64,000 nucleotides of DNA from Mantamonas sphyraenae STR306. Lineage: Eukaryota > Protista > CRuMs. Below, piece after piece: positions 13,637 to 24,413 of the stretch (the stretch's first letter is position 1; each line of letters opens with the position of its first letter). The translations under genes were made by a program, and so were the position numbers. Where the stretch lies: assembly GCA_026936335.1 (NCBI GenBank), contig JAPMXV010000010.1:186001-250000 (forward strand). The letters run 5' to 3'. The notes beneath the pieces are model-generated. The model did no database searches and had not been told where the DNA came from. It was given only the letters and a program-made list of their open reading frames with translations.

Positions 13637-15007
13637 ATGAGTGCGAGTGCGAGTGCGGGTGGAGATCAGCATCCGCCAGAAGAACAACAAGAGACAGGCA
13701 GTCAGGGAGAGGGAGGAGGGGTGGTGGAGAGGGGAGGCAAACGGGAGTGGGGCAGCAGCGGCAGCAGCGGAAAGCCGGTGCGTGTTGTGTCGTGTTTCGA
13801 CTCCTTCAAAGGCTCGCTGTCATCGGAAGAGGCGGCAGAGGCGGTGGAAAGGGCGTTTGTGGCAGTGTATGGCTCGGATGCAGTGGTGCACACACAGATC
13901 AGCATGAGCGATGGGGGCGAGGGTTTCGTCAAGAGCCTGGAGGGCCCCTTGGCACTGAGTATGGTCAGCCTGGAGGTGACAGGCCCCAGGGGCACACCCA
14001 AACAGGCAGTTTACGGCGTCAACAAGGAACGAAGCCTGGCTGTGTTTGAGGTGGCCCAAGCCAGTGGCCTGGAATGGCTGACGGAGGAGGAGAAGGACCC
14101 GCGGGTGACCACAACGGCCGGCCTGGGCGAACAACTGGCACATGCACGTGACCAGGGCTACACAGAGTTTATCATTGGCCTGGGAGGCAGTGCAACCAAC
14201 GATGCGGCGTTGGGTGCCTTGCACAGGCTGGGCCTGCGTGTGAAACTCCGGAGCACGGGCCAGTGGCTGGCCCACGGCGACAACGACGTGTACGTGACCG
14301 GAAGCATGCTGGGAGACATCTGTGCATTGGAGGTGGTGGACACAGAGACGAAGGACAACGAGGAGGAGGAGGATGGTGACACACAGGCAGGGGACGGGTC
14401 TGTGGAGGACAAGCGTGTGTCGTTGGTGCCCGGGACGGCAGTGACCATTGCTTGCGACGTAAACAACCCGTTTACAGGACCCAACGGCGCGGTGGAAATC
14501 TATTCGCGTCAAAAGGGGGCCACGGAGGCAAGTGTGCGTGAGGAGTTGGAAGCAGGGATGCTGAATGTGCAGGAACTGCTCAGCAGGGACTACGGCGTGG
14601 ATCTGGGCGAACTGCCCGGTTCAGGAGCGGCAGGAGGAGCGGCAGGAGGGTTGCATGTGTTTCTAAAGGGCAATTTGGTGTCTGGGAGTGACATCATGGC
14701 ACGTGCCACGGGGTTGGAGGAGGCCATTGCCGGCGCAGACGTGGTGTTTACCGGGGAAGGGTCGTATGACCAGCAGACGGCAAGTGGGAAGGTGGTGAGT
14801 GCCGTGGAGCGACTGTGTGTGCGGTTTGGAGTGCCGATGGTGGTGGTGGCTGGGGTGTGCAAGCGGGAACTGGAAGAAGGGCAAGGTGAAGACGATGGGC
14901 GGGCAAAGACGGTGTTGGCCCTGGTCGACCACTTTGAGGTGGACAAGTGCATGGCAGAGGCCGGCGTGTGTGTGGAGGCAGTGGTTCGTGGATGGTTGGA
15001 ACAGTGA
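13637..15007 (+). CDS. glxK: Glycerate kinase (GlxK/GarK family), intronless
   Basis: Motifs DSFKGSLS, SDGGEG, GLGGSATND, DVNNPFTGPNGA, GAAGG and TGEGSYDQQTASGKV. Confidence 0.92.
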   Translation: MSASASAGGDQHPPEEQQETGSQGEGGGVVERGGKREWGSSGSSGKPVRVVSCFDSFKGSLSSEEAAEAVERAFVAVYGSDAVVHTQISMSDGGEGFVKSLEGPLALSMVSLEVTGPRGTPKQAVYGVNKERSLAVFEVAQASGLEWLTEEEKDPRVTTTAGLGEQLAHARDQGYTEFIIGLGGSATNDAALGALHRLGLRVKLRSTGQWLAHGDNDVYVTGSMLGDICALEVVDTETKDNEEEEDGDTQAGDGSVEDKRVSLVPGTAVTIACDVNNPFTGPNGAVEIYSRQKGATEASVREELEAGMLNVQELLSRDYGVDLGELPGSGAAGGAAGGLHVFLKGNLVSGSDIMARATGLEEAIAGADVVFTGEGSYDQQTASGKVVSAVERLCVRFGVPMVVVAGVCKRELEEGQGEDDGRAKTVLALVDHFEVDKCMAEAGVCVEAVVRGWLEQ

Positions 15008-15107
15008 TGTGTGTGGTGTGTGTTGTGTGGTGGGTGGGATGGGGCGTTTGCCTAGCAAAGGCAATTCAGTTTCAGATTGGCCACCCCCCACACCCCCCAG
15101 CATACAC

Positions 15108-17804
15108 ATGGAAGTGATTTCGCCTAGGAGCACAGGCTCTTCGTTCTCGTCACTGTTGGACAGTAGCCTGGAGTTGGACGAGCGTTCGTCTGCGTCGAGC
15201 CGTGGCAGCAGCCAAGGGTGCGGCACGGAACACAGCCGGAGCTCGGGCAGCAGCCGGGGCAGTGACATGGAGGAGTTGCGTGAACACTTCAACTCGCCTC
15301 CTCCAATGCACACGCTGCGTGACGAAATGGACTCGTTGTTGGACAACGAACTGAACGAAACCGTTTCGGGCGGTGACAACGGCAACGAGGAGGAGGCCCA
15401 CACGGGCGTGGGGAACGGGCGAGGCAAAGTGCACATGGCACAGGATGGTATGGAAGTGGACATGGCGGACGAGGGCAAAGGCTCAGGGCCGCAGGGGGAA
15501 CCTGTGTCGAGCAATCCGCGTCCGCATGGCCCGTTGATCAGCAACGACTCGCTTCGCGAGGCAGCGCTCTTTCAAAAGGGCATGGGCAACACATGTTTCA
15601 TGCAGCGGCACTACTGGCAAGCAATCGATCACTTCCGCAACGCACTGCGACTGGTAAGTGGGGTGGAATGTGTGTGTGCATGGGTGGGTGACGCGTGTTG
15701 TCAGCAGCCGTTTCATTCTCGACAGCCGTTTCTCGTGCAGGCACGCCACACAAAGCTCACACCATACCGGGGGCTTCAGTGCAACAACATGCCAGAAGTC
15801 CACCTATCGTGGGCATCTGCGTTGCAGGCGCTCGCACGTCACACAGAGGCCGCCATGCGGTTTGCGCGTGCCGCCAAGCTGTTTCCTTGGTTGCTGCGCA
15901 ATGAAACGGTGCACTTCAACTGGGGCCTGTCCCTGCACCTGAGTGCACAGTACGCGGCGGCCATCGAGCACTTTGACACCACTGTCAAGCTGGATCCAAA
16001 GCACGCCGATGCCCACGTGGCATGGGGCAACGCCCTGCTCAAGCTGCACCGCGAGGGGGAAAACAACGTGGCCGAAGCCATCGATCACTACCAACAGGCA
16101 CTGCACATCAATCCACGCCTGACTCTGGCCAAGGTGAATCTGCAGATTGCCGAGCAACGACTCAAGAAGCGCAACCGGCAGCTCGGCATGGGCTCCTTTG
16201 TGCGCCGTCCGGCTGTCGCGGCGGTGCCTCGCCCGCCCACCAGCAATGGTGTCAGCAAGGCGAATGTGACTGTGAATGGCCACAACAGCAACAACGTCAC
16301 CATCCATGGCACCGAGAAAGTGTCTGCTGCGACCAAAGGGTTGCCTCAGACGCTGCAGTTGACATCATCATCCACGACGACGACGACATCGACAACGACA
16401 ACGACGGCAACCACGTTGAAATCGACGCCCCAGAAGCGATATGGAGGGGCTGGCAAGCGCACAGCAACACATCAGGCACAGAATGGGATGGAATTGGAAG
16501 CGATGGATGAACCACACCCGAGGGATGAGGAGGAAGACGAGGAGGAAGACGAGGATGAGGAGGAGGATGAGGATGAGGAGGAGGAGGAGGAGGAGGAGGG
16601 ACACGAGGCAAGGGCGAAGAAGGGTTCGGCGGCAGACGTGGACAATGAGGCACCGCACATGGTGAATGTGATGCGTATGTCTCATGACGACGATGCGTCG
16701 TCGATGTCATCGCATGGATCGACAGGGTCGTCGCCGCTGCAAAGCCTGGCCAACATTGCATCTGCGGTGAGCGAATCAGGCATGAGCATGGCTGAAATGG
16801 AATCGTTCCGTGTGGAATCGCCTCAGATGGGCGGGGGCGATGCACACAGTGTGGAGGTGGAGGGTGGATCGACAATAAGTGCCACCAGCACAACCAACAG
16901 TGGAAGCAGGAGATCTCTGGTCAAGGCAAACGATGCACAGCAGGCGGGCAGCAGCAACACACACTCCACAACCACCATCAGCACACCGCGCCTGGACAAG
17001 AGTCTGGGACGACGCGGGGTGTCGTCTTCGCCCGCACCACATCCACAGGGACAGCATGGGACGCATGCTGGGGCTGGGGCTGGGGCTGGGGCTGGTTCGG
17101 CTGGCAATGGCAAACCCAAACCTGTGTTTCGATGGCAGGGCTCGTCTTCGTCGCTGCTGTCAATGGGCTCGGGAACAAGCAGCTCGGAAGACACCACGAC
17201 CACCGAGGCCAAGGTGGCAGAGATGATTGCTTCGCCCGTGGTCAATGTCAACGCACCGCTGTTTGGGCTGTTTTCGCCACGCAGGGCCATGCGCGATTGG
17301 ACCTTCAAGGCCAAATGGCACACACAGGACGTGTGGCGCAAGATGACCGTGCCTTCACACACCTCGTACCCGGAATTCATCGTCTACCTGCGCAAGCGCT
17401 TCCGCAAACACATCGAACGTGCACAGGCGTGCAGTTTGGAGGCACCGTTGCAACTGTTGTACACGGACGGTGATGACCAGGTGGAGATCCTTGACGACGA
17501 AGATCTCACAAACGCCTTTTCGGGCTTCTCCTTCCTCAGTGGGCTCACACGCAGCAGCAGCAGCAGCGGCGCCAGCAACAATGGCGGAGAAACAAGCCCT
17601 GCCAGTGCTGCCTCTGTGTCATCGAGCGACACGGGAAGTCCCAGGGTGCAGGGGATGCTGCGACTCACCGTCTCCATCGACACCGACGCCCTGGCCGATG
17701 CACAGCAGCGCACAGACGACCTCAAGCGCTCACGGACCACCGAAGACGGCGACGAATTCAGCGAAACGTCGTCCATGGCATCCAGCAAACGGCAAAGGGT
17801 GTGA
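15108..17804 (+). CDS. TPR-repeat protein with a C-terminal PB1-like domain
   Basis: TPR motifs (VHFNWGLSL, AHVAWGNALL, AIDHYQQALHINP) and a PB1 OPCA-like motif LLYTDGDDQVEILDDEDLTNAF. In-frame 126-nt intron at 15654-15779 (gtaagt...cag). Confidence 0.75.
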   Translation: MEVISPRSTGSSFSSLLDSSLELDERSSASSRGSSQGCGTEHSRSSGSSRGSDMEELREHFNSPPPMHTLRDEMDSLLDNELNETVSGGDNGNEEEAHTGVGNGRGKVHMAQDGMEVDMADEGKGSGPQGEPVSSNPRPHGPLISNDSLREAALFQKGMGNTCFMQRHYWQAIDHFRNALRLVSGVECVCAWVGDACCQQPFHSRQPFLVQARHTKLTPYRGLQCNNMPEVHLSWASALQALARHTEAAMRFARAAKLFPWLLRNETVHFNWGLSLHLSAQYAAAIEHFDTTVKLDPKHADAHVAWGNALLKLHREGENNVAEAIDHYQQALHINPRLTLAKVNLQIAEQRLKKRNRQLGMGSFVRRPAVAAVPRPPTSNGVSKANVTVNGHNSNNVTIHGTEKVSAATKGLPQTLQLTSSSTTTTTSTTTTTATTLKSTPQKRYGGAGKRTATHQAQNGMELEAMDEPHPRDEEEDEEEDEDEEEDEDEEEEEEEEGHEARAKKGSAADVDNEAPHMVNVMRMSHDDDASSMSSHGSTGSSPLQSLANIASAVSESGMSMAEMESFRVESPQMGGGDAHSVEVEGGSTISATSTTNSGSRRSLVKANDAQQAGSSNTHSTTTISTPRLDKSLGRRGVSSSPAPHPQGQHGTHAGAGAGAGAGSAGNGKPKPVFRWQGSSSSLLSMGSGTSSSEDTTTTEAKVAEMIASPVVNVNAPLFGLFSPRRAMRDWTFKAKWHTQDVWRKMTVPSHTSYPEFIVYLRKRFRKHIERAQACSLEAPLQLLYTDGDDQVEILDDEDLTNAFSGFSFLSGLTRSSSSSGASNNGGETSPASAASVSSSDTGSPRVQGMLRLTVSIDTDALADAQQRTDDLKRSRTTEDGDEFSETSSMASSKRQRV

Positions 17805-17835
17805 GGTGCGAGGGTCGGGGCAAAAGAAAACAAAA

Positions 17836-19044
17836 ATGGATTCGGACGAAGAATATGCCCGGCGTCTGCAGGAGCAGTACGACGCAGAGGCACACGGAGG
17901 GGGAGGGAGCAACAACAGCAATGGAAGCTCCACACCCAATGGCAATGTGTATGTGGCCTCTAGTGTGCCCCAGGTTGGCGTGGCAAGCTACGCGCCTTCG
18001 GAAACCACGGGTCTTTCCGTTTACGAGGCACCCAAGGGCGGCACCATGGTCGACGTCGTGCCTTACTATCCGCAAGCAGCCGCCTATGGCTCTGCCCCAT
18101 CCACAGGTGTGTGCCTTCCCATCTCCTGCCATCCATCCCACTCTCTCCTGGGGTCTTTCCGCGTCACTCACACACACACACACAACACTCTTTCTCCCAC
18201 TCCCATCACCCGCAGGCCAACCCGTGCAAGGCACAGGGCAGCCGATCCCCTCATATGCCACGGGTAGTGCAATGGGAGGCTCTCCCGGCCTGTCTGGATC
18301 AGGCGGCGACACGTCGTACGGTGCGTTTCCCGAAACCGGCGGAATTGCCTCGCGATCATTCCCACCGGACGGCCGAGGTCGGCTCCTCAGGACGCTGCTG
18401 ACACGGTCACACACACACACACCTGGCGTGCGACCGCACACTCTGTCCCCCTCCACACGTTGTGGTTTCCATGCATCATTACAGCTCCGACTCCACACTC
18501 CCTGTCACAGCAGCAAGCAGAGGCCCGTTTCTGGCAGAGCGTGGGCGGCCCACCTCGCGCAGGCGCCTCTGCCGGTCAGATGCACACGCAGGGCAACATT
18601 CACATGTACGCACCCCACCGCGGCGGACTTCCTGCAAACACAGTGTATGTCGACGACACACTGGTGCACCAAATCCGAGCCCGGCGGCGTAGTTTGCAGG
18701 TGCGCATCCTCTGTTCGTTGGGCATCCTCCTCAACCTGTTTACTCTCTTCCTGGGCGATCTCATCCTCGGCTCACTCGGCGTAGCCATGTCTCTGGTGGG
18801 CTACTACGGCGCCAAGCGATACGACAGACGCACCACTGCCGCCTACGTCATCTGGCTCGTCGTGGAGGCCATCCTGCGAGCCATGATCTTTCTCAGCGGC
18901 ACAGGCAACGTCATCCTCGCCCTCTGCCTCTTTCTTCTTCAACTGTACATTGCCTACTTTGTTCTCTCCTTCCTGCGTCTCCTCCCGGTCCCAGGCATGG
19001 TCCAAGTCGACGCCGACGACGTCGAACGTCGCCTCCCCGTGTGA
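17836..19044 (+). CDS. Membrane protein with N-terminal DEEYARRLQ (UIM/MIU-like) motif and ~4 TM helices, 3 exons
   Basis: MDSDEEYARRLQEQY start, two (CA)-rich introns (~18107-18215, ~18322-18510), hydrophobic segments in the last exon. Confidence 0.65.
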
Positions 19045-19095
19045 AGTGATCCCCAATCAATCTCGTTTCCCGAAACCCTCCTGTCGCTCTTGTTG

Positions 19096-22000
19096 TCATC
19101 CGCCATCGCGACTAGGCACCACACGCAGCAACCCGCTGCCCTTGAATCCTTCCTCTTCCTGGTGCTGAGGCATGAAAAAGTCCTGCGTCACCTTGTCCGC
19201 ATTGACACGCACTTCAATCAACGCCCCCGGTGCCACCTCGCACTCTCCCAAAGTGCTGCGGTCGTTCTCCAGCTGCTTGCCGTTGTGGTACAGCTCCTGT
19301 GCAAACGGCTCCAGGTCCAGTCCCTCGTACACCTTGTACTTCAGCGTCTGCACACTGTCCGTGGATGCCACCACCACCTCGATGCCTCCTCCCGGACGTG
19401 CTGAGCGTCTCAAAGCGACGTCTTCCACCTGCGTTTACGTCACTTGTGCTGCTGCTGCTGCTGCCTCCTCCGCCGCCCTCGTCGCCGCTTCCGCTGCCTG
19501 TCCCGTCTGTTCCTCCTCCGCCACTTGGTGTGGCGATGGCAAACTTGATATCGTCTGTAATCTGTACCACGCTGATGCGTGCCTGTTCGTACTGGAATTG
19601 GCTGCGTTCCTCAGCCTTGCGGTGTGCGTCCATGCACTCCTGGCACGGCATCACAAGCTCCGCGTCGCCCTGCTCGCTCGCATACACCTTCAAATCAGGA
19701 CCTCCACCAAACCGTGCCTTCAACAGACTCCACTCCACGTTGGTCACACATGTGTAGTCCTCGTGTGCAGGGCGTCCCACCGTGCTATGCCCGTGCTCCA
19801 CCGCAAACAGCGTCTTGCCGTGCTGGCACACCAGACCCGAATTGTCGATCTTTCCCGGATGCTCCATGGTCACACTGCGCAGATACCTGCGCCACTCTGC
19901 CAGCCAGTTGGAGCTCACCGCATACAAGTCGCCCTTGTGACCCAGCATGTGCACCTTTGTCACCGCACCCATCTCGCGAAACCTTGCTCGCTCATCCTCC
20001 TCCTCTGCATCTTGCCCGCTGCCGCCTTCCTTTGCCCTCTCCGTCTGCTCCACGTCCATCGCATCCTCTTCGTTCTCTTCGCTGCTCTGACTGTTTGCCA
20101 CACGCTCGACGTGGTCCCGTCGTCCTCCAGAGCCTCGATGCGCACCTCCTGCTCCCGCTCTTCCGGAAAGTACAGCTGGTTCGTTGGCCTGCGTGCGTAC
20201 AGCGACGCCAGCTCTTTGCGCTGACGCTTGCGGCGCTCCACACGCGCGTTCTTAAACTCCTGCTCCTGCTTCTTCTCGCGGCTGCACACGGGACACTCGG
20301 GCGACAACCCCACCTCAAACTCGTTGCCCTCTGGGTACAGTGCACGGAAGAAGCGCCACGCATCTTCGTGCACCACTATCCTGCGTCGTGGCAGGATGTC
20401 CAGGTTGCCGTGCGGACATGTGATCTGCGCGTTGATGTCCAGCGTCGCCTGCTTCGTACGCTTCTTCCACACCTCCAACCACTTCCACGACATCCAGAAC
20501 GAGCGTTCCCCCTCGTGTGCGGGTCGTTTCATCAGCGCATTGCCTCGTGCCACCTGTGCCACCAGCGACGTCTTGTTGTCAAACTCCTCCTTGAGTTCCT
20601 CCACGCACGCCACACACATGCTCTCTCGTCCCAGCACCGGTCCCCCTCCCTCCACAGACCCATGCATCTCCACAAGCTCTTTCCAGCTTCGCACGCTTAT
20701 CCGCTTCATGCTCTTCACCTTGCGCGGGTCACACTTGCCATGTGTACACACGAGGTCCTGGTTGTCCACGGGTCCAAGCGAGTCCTCCCCACGCACCCAC
20801 GCACGCAGCCAGTTCACGCTGATCCAGCGAAAGTCCTCCTCCTCCCCAATCTCTTCCTCCTCCATGTGCGACCACACCTTGCTATGGTCTTCCACACGCT
20901 TCGCAATCTTTGCCTCGGCTGCCTTGTATCGCTCATCGTAGTCCTTGATCTCGCTGAGAAACGCCTCGTTCTCCGCAGCCACACTCTCGTACAGGTAGCT
21001 TGGCATCCCTGTGCTTTCCACCGTCACCTCCTGCGACCCAGACGCCTCCATCTGCGCAATCGCCTGTTCCACAAGCTTCTCCACAGCAATCACCTCTCCA
21101 CGCTGTCTGTAGATCAACATGTACGCATTCTTGGGTGACAACAGCCCTGCAGGCATGTCTTCCACCTGCTCTTGCTCCTGCATCATTTCCTCCTGCAGCC
21201 GTTTTGCCATGGTGGCGTCGTCCTCCTCCATCTCATCGTCCCCACCGTCGCCATCGCCGTCCGATACGGATGCAGATGATGATGATGATGATGAAGATGA
21301 TGACGATGACGTGTCCGTCGATGTCACGTCTGTGCGTTGTCGCTTGTGATCCTGCCCAACACGCTCCACTTGAATCTCGTCATCCCCTCCCTCTTCGCTG
21401 TCGGCGTACACAGATTCCACAATAATCCCGTCACTGTCACCATCCTCCAGGTATTCCGTGATGGGATCTTCCTCGTCCTCAGCGTCCAGGGGACGCTTTC
21501 TCTGCATCCTCTCTTCGTCGTGGTCGTCATTGTGGTCCTCGCCCGTCTTGGATTGTGCCTTCTTCCCTCCTTTCTTTCCCTTGCCTCTCTTGTTGGCGTT
21601 GGCCTTCTTGGAGCGCTTGCCCGTGTCGCCCACATGGTCAAACAGTTCCTGTGTGCTGATGCGATTCGCCTCGGTGTCGTTGAATTCCCACCACGATTGC
21701 GTCTCGTCGTCGTAGACGTAGCACACGTAGTGGCCTCCGTATGCTGATGAGCCCAGGTGGACCAGAATCGCACTCAGCTCGTACGTCAGCTCGTCGTCCA
21801 CGTGCTCCTTTGCGTTGACACTCTTGCCAAACGCACTCATGTCCAGCACGGGAGGAAACACCACCGCGTCGTTCAGTTTGCGCTTGCTCAATGTCTTCAT
21901 ATGAAACACAAAACGCATCAGTTGGATGTTCAGGACGCGCGGCAGCTTGGTCACCGCCACGCGCCGTTTTGCGTCGCGTTTGCACCCGCATGTCGAGCAA

Positions 22001-23247
22001 TGGTACTGATCGTCTCCCTCCAGCTTCTCGGGCGCAAAGTATGCCTTGAGACATTGTTCCAACGACGATTTGCCTTTGATCTGCAGCTCCAATTCGTAGA
22101 AACTGCTGCCGACACGTGAGCAACCCTTGCAATGGCTGCACTCGGTGTGGTACTCCATGCGGCCTTGGAACAGCCGCTGCACCAATGTACGCACGCTCTC
22201 CTCCGCCCCAGAGTCCAGTGTTTCCTCCAGGTAAGACATGAGCAGCTTGTTGAACCTGATTTTTCACACAAGGGGGGAAGCCCACGGTAGCCATTGGGGT
22301 CAGCGTACGACACACACACACACACATTCCAGTTTCCCATTCATCGCACGGAAATGGCAACAACTCACTCTTGGGCATCCTGCTGCACTCCCGTGTTGAT
22401 TTCCAGACAGGCTGCGAAACCTGTCGGGCGCACAAAGGAGCGGTTGCCCAAATGCAGCTGAGCAAACAGCAGTTGCAACTGGTAGATGATCGAATGCTCC
22501 TTGTCCTCCTCACCACTTGCGTCAAACGCATAGATGCCACGTCGAAAGGGCACGTTGATGAACAGCGACTGCACAAGGCTGTTCATCCAGCAGGTGGCGC
22601 CCAAATTCACAAGTCCCGCGCGGGTGCCCAAAGGACGAGCCCGTGCGTCGCGGAAGTGCACCTTAGGATGCATACCCAGTTCTCGCAGCAGTCCCGGTTC
22701 GGCAGAAAACACACCCGTCAGTTTCTTGGGCCGCAGGTGCGCCAGGCAGTTTGGGTTTGATTTGCAGTTCTTCTTGCCTGCTGCTCGTTGTTGTCGTTGT
22801 TGTCCACGGACACAAACCACACACACACGCACGCGCATGATAAACACAGGCCACGTGGATGGATTGCACGCACGTGCCATTGCAACAGTACCGTGCAAGG
22901 CGTCCGGATGTGACGACGGTGCGCACCAGAGTGTGTCAGTGATGCTTGCTCCAGCAAACCGGAAACCCGCACCTTCCGGACTCGCTGGACGTGCGCTCAT
23001 GGCACCCTCTCCGTCCCACAACCCTGTCTCTGGTCACACCACGCGCAGGCAAAGGAAGGGACAGGCGTGCGAGGTGTGGGAACGTACATTGGGTGCTGTT
23101 GGCGCCGTGAAACTCGTTGTCGGCGTGGTAGGCAACAGCGAGGACATCCTCGGTGATGTCCTCCGCCTCTGCAACCACGTCCCGCACATGGGCCGATTCC
23201 TTGCCAAGCCACGTCTTTCGCTGGGGCACAATACGTTTGCGGCCCAT
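19096..23247 (-). CDS. USP48: Ubiquitin-specific protease USP48/UBP26-like (USP domain, DUSP repeats, C-terminal Ubl), multi-exon
   Basis: GLVNLGATCWMNS Cys box, QQDAQE, HLGSSAYGGHY His box, FND, CPHG DUSP motifs, and C-terminal EEGFKGSGLL. Frameshifts near 20117 and ~19430. Confidence 0.88.
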
Positions 23248-23342
23248 GGCTTTCCGGGTTAAATGGGTGGATGGAGCTGCGCAAAGATGTTGGGAAACGT
23301 TGCGTTCTTCTTCTGGCCATTCTGGGGCGTCTCATCACTCCC

Positions 23343-24382
23343 TCACTGCATTTGAAGACCGCAATTGACACATCGAACGATGTCCATGAGCTTGTCGAGT
23401 GGATAGGCGCGATGCAAGCTGGCCTTGGCATGGCAACACACACATTGGGCCTTGTCTTCGCGTCCCAGCACCGCCAGGGTCTGTGTGCACCTGTGTACGG
23501 GATGCCTGTTGCTGCACGTGTGCGCCAGACTGACTCCTTCGCCACACACCGCACATTCGTCGCGGGTGGGCATCTTGGTGCGTCCCAGCTGCATCGAGTT
23601 TGCGGCGTCGCTCAGCCGCGAATTTTCCCTGTTGGGCCGTCCCTCGCCTGTGTGCAGCGCGTACGCCTTCTTGACCAAGTCCATACAGGCTCGCAATACC
23701 TCATGGTCTCCATCTTCGTCCTCCAGCTGCTCGCCTCGGTCGCCAGTGCCTGCCACAAGCAGCTTGGCACTCGCAAACGACAGCAGCCAATCGCTGAGCA
23801 GGTGTGCTGCTGCAACGCTCTCCTCCAGCACGCTTTCGTTCACAGCCTTTTGCTCCTCCCATTCACGCACCGCCTCTGCATATCGCTCCTCCTTGCTCTT
23901 GGAAGCGGATCCGGTTTGTGTTCCCCTTCCGCTTCCACGCTGCTGTTGTTGCTGTGAAGGCTGTGCTTGCTGTTGCTGCCGCTTGCCGTTGCTTTGGGTT
24001 GCCTTGCTGCTTCCTTCGCTGCTGCCCTCACTGTTGGATTCCACCTCCATGGCACCGTCCTCTTCGCTTGCCTCCTCGCCACCCGCTGCTGCTGCTGCTG
24101 CCTCGTCTGCCGCCGCTGCCTTTGCTGCCGCCTCCATGGTGGGCTTGTTCGATGCGTGCACCTCCATCCGTGCGCGGTGCTCCTCCACAAACTCCACCAC
24201 CTGTTCCAGCGCCGTCTGATACGTCCAGCGACGGATAAAGAGGCAGTTGCGTCGCAGGGCTCGTTGCACTCGCTCAATGCTTGCGTCCAACTCCTTTTGC
24301 CTCACCGAACGCTGCCCAAACATGGCGCGCTGTTCCTCGATGTCCATGCCACCCGCCTCGTCGTCATTTCCGCTGCTGGATG

Positions 24383-24413
<31 letters not shown>

